From a virus (lineage: Duplodnaviria; Caudoviricetes): a stretch of DNA of 53,931 bases. The notes beneath the pieces are model-generated. The model made no database searches. It was not told where the DNA came from and saw nothing but the letters and a program-made list of their open reading frames with translations. How positions within the stretch are numbered: position 1 is the stretch's first letter; every line of letters starts with the position of its first letter. The position numbers were made by a program, and so were the translations under genes. Location: the IMG/VR virus record IMGVR_UViG_3300035667_000105, positions 1-53,931 of that record; one strand, 5' to 3'. Below are positions 9,121 to 17,920 of the stretch, one piece after another.

Positions 9121-9522
9121 TTATCGGCGGGGAGGGAGGTCAAGAGGATTGCCCGGCCCCAGTCGCCCGATCAGCTCGTCAATCTGCGGTTTCGAAAAAC
9201 CGACATCCTGTAAAAACCGACGGGTGAGTCCAGCCTCGTCCCTTACCGGCAATTCCTGCTTAACAAGTGCAGCTCGTTGCGCCGGTGTGAACTTCCGACC
9301 CGAGCTATTCTCGATCGTATCGATCGCCCAGGAACGGATCAGGGCGATGTCGTCATTCGGCGGTGCGCGCAGGATGCTGACACCGATTTCTACCATCTTG
9401 ATGTCCATCTGCCGCTCATTGGTCCAGTAGTTCACGAGCGGGGCCGCCGTGCCGCCCAAAATCGTACCGGCGAGGGCGGCGATGCTGAGCCACAGAGCAT
9501 TCGGGGGCGACTTGTCGGCCAT
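9121..9522 (-). CDS. Membrane-anchored hypothetical protein (moron)
   Basis: N-terminal TM; antisense to neighbours. Confidence 0.6.
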   Translation of the reverse strand: MADKSPPNALWLSIAALAGTILGGTAAPLVNYWTNERQMDIKMVEIGVSILRAPPNDDIALIRSWAIDTIENSSGRKFTPAQRAALVKQELPVRDEAGLTRRFLQDVGFSKPQIDELIGRLGPGNPLDLPPRR

Positions 9523-9665
9523 CTAGCGACTGTAAAATGGGACAGCTGAATTTCAAAGCCGCAGGTTCGATTCGTCCACATCGCAAAAGCAGGGGTGACC
9601 ACCGGTTCCGTCCCCTACATCTAGCCGGATTCGACAATGCTCCGCGGCGGCGCTTTGATGCGCCG

Positions 9666-10145
9666 ATGTCCCCGCGGGTGATCCAGCTTCCGATGTCCGG
9701 CCGGGACCGCCGGCACTATGTCCGCGAGCTCGCCCGCGTCGAGCAGTTGCACGTCTCGCTGCTGCGCAAAGTCGAGGACGCCTTCGCCGCGGCCGACGCT
9801 CAGTTGCGCCAGGCGCATTTTCTGGCGTGCGAGGAGTGGAACGCGCGCCAGTTTATCGGTGGCCCGGCCGAACCGTCGCCGACGATATCGGACGCCATCC
9901 ACGGCGGCGTCGAAATGCTCGAGGTGCGCTGCAAGCGCTGCGGTCATGCCGATCTGGTCGACCTGGTGCTTGTGATCTGGCCGCGCGATCGCCAAGTGCA
10001 TACGCTTGCGCGCGCGCTTGGTTGCCTGCCCTGCAGGGCGGCGGGCCGGCCCAAACAGCGGCCAGAGTTGGTCGCGCTGCGCACCCGCCATCCGATCGAG
10101 CCGGATCCGGCGCCGGCGGCTGCACGGCGCCGAAAAACCGGATAG
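9666..10145 (+). CDS. Hypothetical Zn-ribbon protein
   Basis: PSPTISDAI..LEVRCKRCGH..CLPC. Confidence 0.7.
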   Translation: MSPRVIQLPMSGRDRRHYVRELARVEQLHVSLLRKVEDAFAAADAQLRQAHFLACEEWNARQFIGGPAEPSPTISDAIHGGVEMLEVRCKRCGHADLVDLVLVIWPRDRQVHTLARALGCLPCRAAGRPKQRPELVALRTRHPIEPDPAPAAARRRKTG

Positions 10146-10155
10146 AACCCGTCCC

Positions 10156-10419
10156 ATGACGAAGTTCGTCGAACCCCATCCGCTGTCCGATCCCGCCGCC
10201 GCGGCGCGCCAGCTGCTCGAGCTCGCCAATGCAATCGAGGCCGATCAGATGGGTCGGATTTCCGTGGCCTCTCTCAATGCGCAATTCATCGCCGCCGGCG
10301 CCGGCGCCGCGCAATACCGCGCCGCGGTGGCGGCCGCGATCGCCGGCGGCTGGCTCGTGTCGCATCCGTCCGGCGCCTATCTCAGCTTCACCCAGGCCGG
10401 CGCGGACCTGTTCGCGTGA
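10156..10419 (+). CDS. Hypothetical protein
   Basis: MTKFVEPHPLSDPAAAAR..HPSGAYLSFTQAGADLFA; coding-like codon use. Confidence 0.7.
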   Translation: MTKFVEPHPLSDPAAAARQLLELANAIEADQMGRISVASLNAQFIAAGAGAAQYRAAVAAAIAGGWLVSHPSGAYLSFTQAGADLFA

Positions 10420-10429
10420 AGGATGCACA

Positions 10430-10627
10430 ATGAAATATCGCGGCAAACACTACATCGTGGTGCAGGGCATCGAGCCCAACAGCTGGAAATGGTCGGTCGA
10501 CGTCGACGAGCGCACCGTGAAGACGGGCGCTGCAAAAAGCAGGCTCGCTGCCGTGAAGGCCGTTGAACGTGTGGTTGATCGATCGCAGATGCCGAAAAAA
10601 CGCCGGTTGGCGAAGCCCGATCGCTGA
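10430..10627 (+). CDS. Small basic hypothetical protein
   Basis: AAGGA SD; MKYRGKHYIVVQGIEPNSWKWSV. Confidence 0.65.
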   Translation: MKYRGKHYIVVQGIEPNSWKWSVDVDERTVKTGAAKSRLAAVKAVERVVDRSQMPKKRRLAKPDR

Positions 10628-10813
10628 TCAGGATTTTTCTTGCCGCACGCCCTTGAATTTCTTCTTGCTCTTCTTCACTGCCATGAACTCGCCGGAGCTC
10701 TTGTCGCGCTTGGTCCAGGCCGGCTCGCCCATCACCGCAGTCTTGCGTTGCGTCCGCTTCTTCACTGCACCCTTGCGCGCATTGTCGCCGACCGGCTTGT
10801 TTACCGCCATCAT
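10628..10813 (-). CDS. Small Lys-rich protein
   Basis: GGGAG SD; MMAVNKPVGDNARKGAVKKRTQ..KFKGVRQEKS. Confidence 0.75.
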   Translation of the reverse strand: MMAVNKPVGDNARKGAVKKRTQRKTAVMGEPAWTKRDKSSGEFMAVKKSKKKFKGVRQEKS

Positions 10814-10854
10814 GATCTCCCGTTGCCTCGCCGCGCCGTCGCGGCCTGGCATTC

Positions 10855-10913
10855 GGAACGGAGCAGCCGCGCCAAAGGTTCCAGGCCGGAACGATTCAGC
10901 CCGGTCGCGCTTT
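10855..10913. promoter_or_regulatory. Divergent EcfG (general stress sigma)-type promoter motifs
   Basis: Minus: GGAAC-N17-CGTT (10882-10857). Plus: GGAAC-N17-GGTT (10855-10880) and GGAAC-N17-CTTT (10888-10913). Confidence 0.6.
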
Positions 10914-10952
10914 TGAAGTTGCAGTTTGCGCGGCGTTGAGTGGAGTTGTGTG

Positions 10953-11315
10953 ATGCGTAAGTCCGGCTGGACCCCGTCGATCGTTCCGCGAGACGACGAT
11001 CAGAATGTTTACCTGGTGCTGGACGATTTAGACCGCGGCGGCCGGGTCTGGTGCGAAGCCGGCGCGGAGACCGCGGATCTCGAAACCGTCATCGTCGACC
11101 TGCTCGATGGCCGGTACAAAAATCCGGCTCGGGTGGTTTGCTTCAATACCGCGGAAGCGTGGTCGCAGGATGTGTCTGGTGACGTCGCCCAGGAGTTGCG
11201 CCGGCGCTGTGATCTGCAGCTGCGCGACGTACCGTTCTTCCTGCAAGATTTTGTCGATCGCTACGAAGGGCGCTGGGGCGACTACCAGCTGCCGCTGCCG
11301 ATCCGGCTGGTGTGA
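10953..11315 (+). CDS. Hypothetical protein coupled to ligD
   Basis: GGAG SD; VYLVLDDL..ADLETVIVDLLDG.YKNP.RVVCFNTAE. Confidence 0.75.
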   Translation: MRKSGWTPSIVPRDDDQNVYLVLDDLDRGGRVWCEAGAETADLETVIVDLLDGRYKNPARVVCFNTAEAWSQDVSGDVAQELRRRCDLQLRDVPFFLQDFVDRYEGRWGDYQLPLPIRLV

Positions 11316-12235
11316 TGGCTTTCCCTCGAACCAGGTCTGCGCCCTTAGGCGTCAAGGCGCCGTTTCCCGGCTTCGTCCCGCCGGCGCTGGCGAGCAAGAT
11401 CGGCAAGGTGCCGTCGGGCGAGCGCTGGATCCATGAAATCAAGTTCGACGGCTACCGGGTCCAGCTGCACATCGCCAACGAGGCGGCCAAGGTGTTCACC
11501 CGTCGCGGCATCGACTGGACCGGGCGATTCCGCAAAGTCGCCGCCGACGCCTTCCTGATCAGCGCCCGCTCGGCGATCATCGATGGCGAGGTGGTGGTGC
11601 CGGCGGCGGACGGCACTACCGATTTCTCAGTGCTGCAGAACGAGCTCAAGGGCGCTTCCGGCAAGATCGTGATGGTGGCGTTCGATCTGCTTTATCTCAA
11701 CGGTTATGACCTGCGCAAAATCCCGCTGCTCGAGCGCAAGGCCGCGCTGCGCAAGCTGATCGCAAATTCCGCGATCCAGTTCAGCGAAAGCTTTGAGCTC
11801 GATGGCCCGACGATGTTCAAGCACGCCTGCAAGACCGGCCTCGAGGGCGTGGTTTCCAAGGTGCGCGACAGCCGCTACCCGGTCGACCGCACCAATGACT
11901 GGGTCAAGGTCACCTGCGCGCAGCGCGAGACACTGCCGATCGCCGGCTTCGCGCTGGACGGCAACAAATTCGACGGCATCTATCTCGGCCGCCGCAAGGG
12001 CAGGGACCTCGTCTATGCCGGCAAGGTCGATCACGGCTTCACGCCGGATTCGGCAAAAGAGTTGCGGGCACGGCTGACGCCGCTGCAGCGCAAGACGCAA
12101 CCTTACGCCAAAAAAATCGCGCACCGCGCCTTTTGGGTCGAGCCGTCGTTGCTGGCCGAGATCGAGTACCGGGCGAAGTCGACCGAGGGCAAGCTGCGAC
12201 ATCCGTTTTTCAAGGGACTGCGGGAGGATTTATGA
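11312..12235 (+). CDS. ligD: ATP-dependent DNA ligase, LigD ligase domain only
   Basis: EIKFDGYR (motif I), DGEVV, FDLLYL, EGVVSK, C-terminal OB fold ending LRHPFFKGLRED. Confidence 0.93.
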   Translation: MMAFPRTRSAPLGVKAPFPGFVPPALASKIGKVPSGERWIHEIKFDGYRVQLHIANEAAKVFTRRGIDWTGRFRKVAADAFLISARSAIIDGEVVVPAADGTTDFSVLQNELKGASGKIVMVAFDLLYLNGYDLRKIPLLERKAALRKLIANSAIQFSESFELDGPTMFKHACKTGLEGVVSKVRDSRYPVDRTNDWVKVTCAQRETLPIAGFALDGNKFDGIYLGRRKGRDLVYAGKVDHGFTPDSAKELRARLTPLQRKTQPYAKKIAHRAFWVEPSLLAEIEYRAKSTEGKLRHPFFKGLREDL

Positions 12236-12236
12236 A

Positions 12237-12461
12237 ATGAAGGCGATCATCGAATACGAGTCGTTCCCGCGAAACAAGCGCTTGCGGGATGACGGCCAGG
12301 ACGCAAAGGGGTGGAAGTTTGAGACCCTTGAACACGATGAAATGACGTTTCCGCACCTCATCCGAGCCACCGACGCCGGAGGACGGTCCTGCTACTACAT
12401 TGCAGTTGGTCCTGAAGGCTATGCCGTCGACATCAAAAAGGTGGAGGTCGAACAGCCATGA
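12237..12461 (+). CDS. Hypothetical protein
   Basis: Follows ligD directly. Confidence 0.55.
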   Translation: MKAIIEYESFPRNKRLRDDGQDAKGWKFETLEHDEMTFPHLIRATDAGGRSCYYIAVGPEGYAVDIKKVEVEQP

Positions 12462-12685
12462 GGAGGATGATGCCACAGATTCCGCACGGCCAGGTAATCG
12501 GCCGGCCGGAAGGTTGGACGCCTGAAACAGAGGAGGATCATTTCACGGTCTGCCCGGTCTGCAAACAAAGGCTGGACATGCGCGATCTCGGCCAGGTGCT
12601 CGATCATTGGCATGGCGGGCCGCGGTGGCTAACCATCAACGGGAGGACTACTTATATGCCCATCAAGGGCAAATTGCACTGGTGA
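12458..12685 (+). CDS. Small Zn-finger protein
   Basis: HFTVCPVCKQRLDMRDLGQVLDH. Confidence 0.6.
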   Translation: MRRMMPQIPHGQVIGRPEGWTPETEEDHFTVCPVCKQRLDMRDLGQVLDHWHGGPRWLTINGRTTYMPIKGKLHW

Positions 12686-12779
12686 AGGCCTGCGAGGATG
12701 CCCCAACTCACCGCCGCAGATCGCAGCGATTAGAGCGGCTTGAAACCGTCCGTTAACCCGGAAGTGGAAGGTTTCGGGG

Positions 12780-13133
12780 ATGGCCCCGCCGAAATTCCAT
12801 AACGAACGCCGCGCGCAGGCGCACGAGCTGCTCGGTCTGTATCTTAAGATAGGGCCCGACGTCGCCAAGATGGAAGACATCAAGCGGGCGCTGCGCGAGA
12901 GCGCGACCGAGGGCGGCGAGAACTTCAAGGAAGAGTTCGCCGGTGAAGGCGTCGTCAAGGTCGCCGGCAAAAAGGACGGTGCGTTCAAGGGCATCGTGCC
13001 GACGGTGGATCCCGATATCTTCTTGTCATTGAGTGAACGCCGCCGCCAAACCCTGGTCGAGCAGGGCATCATCAAGATGACCAACACCTACGGCAAGCCG
13101 TTCTACGGCAGCGTCACCATCGAGGGCTTCTGA
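12780..13133 (+). CDS. Hypothetical protein
   Basis: Clean 117-aa ORF with coding-like composition. Confidence 0.65.
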   Translation: MAPPKFHNERRAQAHELLGLYLKIGPDVAKMEDIKRALRESATEGGENFKEEFAGEGVVKVAGKKDGAFKGIVPTVDPDIFLSLSERRRQTLVEQGIIKMTNTYGKPFYGSVTIEGF

Positions 13134-13320
13134 GAACCGCCGTCATCGTCAGCCGCGGCCGCTGGCGCGGCCGGCGCGGCTGGATCGCAGGCGCCCTCGA
13201 CGATCTTCACCCGCTTGCCACGCGCACTGCCGTGTTTTCCGGCACCGGTGTCCAGGTGCTCGACATCGCCAACCTCGATCGTGCCAATCGCCAGCTCGAG
13301 CTCGCACTGTCCGATGCAGA

Positions 13321-13354
13321 AACAAAAACGCCGCCGGCACGGGTGCCGACGGCG
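13321..13354 (-). terminator. Intrinsic terminator of the late/lysis operon
   Basis: CGCCGTCGGCAC..GTGCCGGCGGCG then TTTTTGTTT. Confidence 0.75.
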
Positions 13355-13384
13355 CTCTGATGCAAAATGATGAATGATGGTGAG

Positions 13385-13630
13385 CTAGTGGCCGATCAGG
13401 AGCCGCTGGATCCCGGTGATGACTGTCAGCACCACAGCGCAAAATCCGACGACGCCACCAATGTACGCTGCGACCTTGACCAGGAACCAGTTGATATTCT
13501 TCAGCCTGATATAGGCTTCATGCATCTCCCCGACCTGGCCAGCCATTGCATCGTGCGCGTCCGCACGTCTTTCGAGCGCGGCGATGCGGTCGCGGTCAGA
13601 TGAAACGAGGCGCGCTGCAGCTGTTCGCAT
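13385..13630 (-). CDS. Coiled-coil plus C-terminal TM protein (holin/XhlA-like candidate)
   Basis: RIAALERR coiled coil, one TM, last gene of lysis cassette. Confidence 0.55.
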   Translation of the reverse strand: MRTAAARLVSSDRDRIAALERRADAHDAMAGQVGEMHEAYIRLKNINWFLVKVAAYIGGVVGFCAVVLTVITGIQRLLIGH

Positions 13631-13944
13631 TAGTTGCTTCCCTTGCCGGCATAGTCCTGCCGCTGGTCGCGCACGCAATTGCGGCCGGCTATAATTGTGG
13701 CCACGGCGACTTTTGCCGTATCTCGATTCTCACGGTAAGCGGCGATGGCGTCGCCGTCCGTTCCGCGCGCCGGCGGGATCTCCGGCTCCGTCAAGACTTC
13801 CTCGCACACGGTCGATAGATCAACTGCGAGTGGTGCAGGGAGATTGTCAGCCGGGCGCCACGTACTACAGGAGGCCAGCGGCCCCGAGCTTGCAAGTAAC
13901 AGGAGCTTTAGCCCCAGCAGCAGTCGGTTTTTGTGGTTTCGCAT
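13630..13944 (-). CDS. Rz1-like outer-membrane spanin lipoprotein
   Basis: Lipobox LASC, Pro-rich, overlaps the upstream Rz-like gene. Confidence 0.65.
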   Translation of the reverse strand: MRNHKNRLLLGLKLLLLASSGPLASCSTWRPADNLPAPLAVDLSTVCEEVLTEPEIPPARGTDGDAIAAYRENRDTAKVAVATIIAGRNCVRDQRQDYAGKGSN

Positions 13945-14293
13945 TTGTCTTCACCTTCACTTGAAGCACTGAGTTCTCTTTGCTGAGCCTGTCGATCTCT
14001 GGCTGATATTTTTTGCGGAGGTCAGCGCCGATGCCCTTGTCGCGATCGATCCGCGCGGCCTCGGCCTTTTCGTGATCGTCCTCGATGCGCGCGGTGCAGC
14101 CGGCGACGTCGGCGCGGTGAATGTGGATCGCGGTCCAGGCGCAGAGAGCGGCGGTCCCGATCGCGTAAAGGCACGGCTTGCAACGGAGAATGGCACCGCC
14201 GACCCGCGCGGCGATGGCCCAGACCGAGCCGAAGCCTGGAATGAGCGCGGCCCCGTTGGCGAGCAGCGCCAGGAGTGCACCTGCTGACAGCAT
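13865..14293 (-). CDS. Rz-like inner-membrane spanin
   Basis: N-terminal TM(s) plus coiled coil, right after the endolysin. Confidence 0.6.
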   Translation of the reverse strand: MLSAGALLALLANGAALIPGFGSVWAIAARVGGAILRCKPCLYAIGTAALCAWTAIHIHRADVAGCTARIEDDHEKAEAARIDRDKGIGADLRKKYQPEIDRLSKENSVLQVKVKTNAKPQKPTAAGAKAPVTCKLGAAGLL

Positions 14294-14295
14294 GA

Positions 14296-15549
14296 TCAGC
14301 GCCCCATATTCGCGGCGGAGCGGTGATCGTCGAGCCGGGCCTTGCCGATCTTGCGCGCCTCGATCAGCACCAGGACGCCGATAGCCGCCAGCGCGGCCCC
14401 GATCGGCAACGCGAAGGGATTGGTGAAAATCGCGTGCAGCACCGGCTTGACCTGGTCGAACATGCCGGCAGCCTGTTGTGCCTTGTCGATTCCGGACTGC
14501 ACCTTGTCGATATCGAACGCGCCGGCGCTGCCGGCCATCGCGCCGCCGGCGGTGCCGAGGCCGAGCATCGTTTTCAGCCTGGCCAGGACACCGAGGCGGT
14601 CGGTGCCGGCAATGGTGCGGGATCCAGCCTCGCGCAGGTCCTGCACGGTGGCGGTGGCGCGGGACTCGCCGATCGGCATGCCCGGGGAGCGCGCCAAGGC
14701 ATCCTTGGTGGCCTGGTCGACCACGCCGGTGGACGGCAGCCCATGGTCGAGCTGGAAGCCGGCAACCGCGCGGCGGGTGGCTTCGTGGAATTCGCCGTTA
14801 TCGATGCCGACGGCGTAGCCTTTGTCGGCCAGGTCCTGCTGCAGCCCCTTGACCTCGAAGCCGGTGTCGCCGAACCGCAATTCGCCGGGCGCCCGCGGCA
14901 CCACAGGAGGCGACACGGCGTCCGCGCCGTGCTCGGGGGCAAGTGCCACCTCCCAGCGCTTGAGCCACTGCTCGACCTCCGCAAGCCCGATCAGGCCGCC
15001 ATTGAGGGCATGGCGCTCGCCGCGGATATCGCCTTTCTCGGCGAACGGGACGCAGCCGCATAGGATGAAATCGACCACCGCGCATTCCAGGAAACATTTT
15101 GGGTCGTTGACGAGGTCCGGGTTGCTGAGCAGATCCAGCGCCGTTTTCTTGGCGAGCGCGTAATAGCCGTCATGGCCGGTGGTGTTGGTGCCGCCGCGGC
15201 CGCGGAACAGAAAGCCGTCGCCAGGCCGCGTATTGCCCATGCGGCGGCCGTAGACATTGTTGAACAGCTTCTCCGCGTTGTGGGCATAGGGAATCGCCTC
15301 CGAGAGCGAGTGGAAGCGCGACGGCCAGGTCTTGACGATACCCTCGGGCGAGTAATTGCCGTTCTCGACCAGCTCGTGGCCGGCACCGCATTCGTGGCTG
15401 ATCTCTGCCATGACGTGGCAGATCACCCGCGGCGATAAACCGTATTTGGCGAACACCGCCGGCGCCTGCTCGGTGATGCCGGCGAGCAGATGCGGGCTTG
15501 CGGTGTGCCACAGGCGCGACAACGCTGCGCCGAAAGACGGTTCGGTCAT
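14296..15549 (-). CDS. Endolysin: GH19 domain, peptidoglycan-binding domain, C-terminal TM segments
   Basis: HVMAEISHEC..LVENGNYS..DGFLFRGRG..LNGGLIGL; GDTGFEVKGLQQDL..FQLDHGL..TGVVD. Confidence 0.88.
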   Translation of the reverse strand: MTEPSFGAALSRLWHTASPHLLAGITEQAPAVFAKYGLSPRVICHVMAEISHECGAGHELVENGNYSPEGIVKTWPSRFHSLSEAIPYAHNAEKLFNNVYGRRMGNTRPGDGFLFRGRGGTNTTGHDGYYALAKKTALDLLSNPDLVNDPKCFLECAVVDFILCGCVPFAEKGDIRGERHALNGGLIGLAEVEQWLKRWEVALAPEHGADAVSPPVVPRAPGELRFGDTGFEVKGLQQDLADKGYAVGIDNGEFHEATRRAVAGFQLDHGLPSTGVVDQATKDALARSPGMPIGESRATATVQDLREAGSRTIAGTDRLGVLARLKTMLGLGTAGGAMAGSAGAFDIDKVQSGIDKAQQAAGMFDQVKPVLHAIFTNPFALPIGAALAAIGVLVLIEARKIGKARLDDHRSAANMGR

Positions 15550-15642
15550 GTCTCGGTTTCCTTCGCGGGGGAGAGATTGGTCGCGGGGTCTATGCCCGGC
15601 ACGGTTGTGGTGGTAATTCTGTGTCCGGGGGATATACCGGGT

Positions 15643-16092
15643 ATGCGTCACTTAACGGCAGTTGCGCTCTGCTTCGCGCTCGGCGGCTGCGCGACCATCA
15701 CCGAAGGCACGACGCAGAACATCCGGGTTGAAGTGGTGCCGGACACCGGCACCTGCCTGTTGAGCCGCAAGGGCGAACCGCTCGGCGCCTCGACGCCGGA
15801 TCATCGCATCGTCAACGTTTCGAAGTCGATGAATGACATCGAGTTCAAATGTTCGGCGCCGGGCTACCAGGACAAAGACGACCTCCTCACCTCCAGCCTG
15901 TCGCCGGCGACGGTGGCGAGCTTCCTGTTGCTGGATCTCGGCATCGTCGATGCCGCCACCGGCGCCTGGAAGAAATATCCGGAGCGGCTCACGGTGGTGA
16001 TGCAGCCGATCGCCGGGCCGCCGAAGGCGCTGCCGGCACCGCCGCCACGTAGTTCAAAGCGGCCGACGCCGATCGTGGTGCCATCCCAGTAA
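15643..16092 (+). CDS. Lipoprotein moron, antisense within the late region
   Basis: Lipobox LGGC; IVDAATGAWKKYP. Confidence 0.7.
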   Translation: MRHLTAVALCFALGGCATITEGTTQNIRVEVVPDTGTCLLSRKGEPLGASTPDHRIVNVSKSMNDIEFKCSAPGYQDKDDLLTSSLSPATVASFLLLDLGIVDAATGAWKKYPERLTVVMQPIAGPPKALPAPPPRSSKRPTPIVVPSQ

Positions 16093-16095
16093 GCC

Positions 16096-17352
16096 TCAGT
16101 TCTTGTCGGCCGCGCCGGCGCAATCGCGAATCCGGGTCGAGGTATCGGTGTCGACGAAAGCGCCGCCGCCATCCAGGATGCAGTCGAGCAGTTTATTGAC
16201 GCCGTTGGTGCTCACTACGTGGAGCGAATCGATGCGGCTGGTTTCGAGGCGATTATGCGTCCCGGTGATCCGCGAACCGGCGGCCGTGTTGGCGCCGACG
16301 CTGCCGACCATGTTGTTGTAGCTGCCCTCGATCCAGTAATCCCAACCGGCGCCGCCCGACTCGGCATCGAACAGATCGATCTTGTTGCGCAGGCAATTCA
16401 CATCGAGATGAAGATTGCCGCCGTAGCAGGCCTCGGCAGTGCCGGTGATGAGGTTGGTGGCGCTGTTCTTGAACGTGACGGCATGGTGGGCCGGGTCGCC
16501 GACGCCTTCGATGATCATGTCCCATTTGCACGAAAACTGAAACTCGGCATCGATTCCTACGACGGGGATCGTCGTAAAGTCGGCGGCGGTGTCTTCATTT
16601 GAGGAACAGATCACCTCGTACTTGTTGAGGACACTGGAGACCGCCCGAAAGGCGCAGGCACAGTTGAGCGCCTTGACCCGAAAATCGGTGTGGTTTGAGA
16701 ACTTGGTGTATAAAGCGTCGGTGGTGTCCGGATTGCCATCGATGATGAAATGGTTCGGGCCACCGAAGGTCTGATAGGTGTGACCGGCCGGATTGGCCGA
16801 AGGCACGCCCTCGCCGTCAAAGCTCACGGCACGGCCGGCGCCGACATGCAAAAAGCGGCAGGCGCCGCCGAGCGCCAGAACATGCAGCCCGGAGTGAATC
16901 AGCTTCAATTCGTCTTCGATGGTGTAGTCGCCGTTGGTAAAGGCGAGCGACTTGCCATAGGCCTTGGCGTCGTCGAGCGCGGCGTTGACCGCCGCATCGT
17001 CGAAACCGTATTTGGCGGGATGAACGAAGCCATAGGTAAGATCCAGCTCCCACCAGGAACCGCCCGCATCTTCTATCGCATTCGGGCCGGCCGAAGTTCC
17101 AACGACGTAAGGAACTCCCCTGACGTAGACGTGCTCGATGCCGGCGGCGACGATCGACAGCGACAAATGGGTTCGCGAGATGAAATATCGCGCCGAGCCG
17201 ACCGGCCCGTCGTTGCCGAGCGTGTTGAGCCAAGCCCCATAGCTGCCGTCCGGCACCTGGAAGCGGATCCGCGGGCCGTCGACCTGATGGTTGGGAATCG
17301 GGCCGCGCAAGCCTTGCGGCCCGCGCGCCAGGGCGGCGACGAGTTGATCCAT
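16096..17352 (-). CDS. Tailspike-like beta-helix receptor-binding protein / depolymerase
   Basis: DDAAVNAALD..LAFTNGDY pectate-lyase-like cap, then N/G-rich coils. Confidence 0.65.
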   Translation of the reverse strand: MDQLVAALARGPQGLRGPIPNHQVDGPRIRFQVPDGSYGAWLNTLGNDGPVGSARYFISRTHLSLSIVAAGIEHVYVRGVPYVVGTSAGPNAIEDAGGSWWELDLTYGFVHPAKYGFDDAAVNAALDDAKAYGKSLAFTNGDYTIEDELKLIHSGLHVLALGGACRFLHVGAGRAVSFDGEGVPSANPAGHTYQTFGGPNHFIIDGNPDTTDALYTKFSNHTDFRVKALNCACAFRAVSSVLNKYEVICSSNEDTAADFTTIPVVGIDAEFQFSCKWDMIIEGVGDPAHHAVTFKNSATNLITGTAEACYGGNLHLDVNCLRNKIDLFDAESGGAGWDYWIEGSYNNMVGSVGANTAAGSRITGTHNRLETSRIDSLHVVSTNGVNKLLDCILDGGGAFVDTDTSTRIRDCAGAADKN

Positions 17353-17370
17353 CTGTTATGACTCCCCGCT

Positions 17371-17910
17371 TTACGCGGTGGCCGGTGTCGCCAGCGCCAG
17401 CGCGGCAGCGGCGTTGCGCGCGATCACGTCCTGATGCGCGGAAGTAAGCGCCAGGATTTGAGCGTCGCGATTGGCTAGCTCCGCGGCATTCGCGGCAGTG
17501 AGCGTTGCGATTTGCCCCTTAAAACCCTCGATGTCGGCGTCCCGTGCAGCGATCTCCTTCGAGGCGGTTTCGGCCGCGGCCCTGATGGCGTCGGTTACGG
17601 CGGCCAGGTCTGATGCGGCGTCGGATTTTGTCTTTGCCAGCTCGGCCTGAACGGCCGCGAGCTGTGCGGCGAACGTGGCGAATTCTTCCCCCAGCACGCC
17701 TGCGACCTTGGCCGGGTCCAGCTTTTGCGCCGCGCCGTTGAGTGGATTGGAGGTTTGCCCCAACACTTTGCCGGTAGCTTCATCGATAAAATATTCCACC
17801 TCGCTGAAGTGCGCGCCTTCAAGCTGGCCGAGTGCGGCCGCCTGATGCTCGCCGCCATAGGAGAATTGCAGCGTGATGTGATCGAGAAGAGTTTTGGCAA
17901 TGATAGGCAT
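17371..17910 (-). CDS. Tail-associated coiled-coil protein
   Basis: AAGGAG SD; Ala-rich heptads. Confidence 0.6.
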   Translation of the reverse strand: MPIIAKTLLDHITLQFSYGGEHQAAALGQLEGAHFSEVEYFIDEATGKVLGQTSNPLNGAAQKLDPAKVAGVLGEEFATFAAQLAAVQAELAKTKSDAASDLAAVTDAIRAAAETASKEIAARDADIEGFKGQIATLTAANAAELANRDAQILALTSAHQDVIARNAAAALALATPATA

Positions 17911-17920
17911 GGAAGCTCCT

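Noticed and set aside
9101-9130. Degenerate second lox site at the putative breakpoint (ATA-N8-TATCGG)
   Set aside because: The left arm does not match and TTATCGG occurs elsewhere in the window by chance; too weak to call.
13134-13320. Protein-like minus-strand frame after the late terminator
   Set aside because: No start codon or SD; at most a gene remnant.
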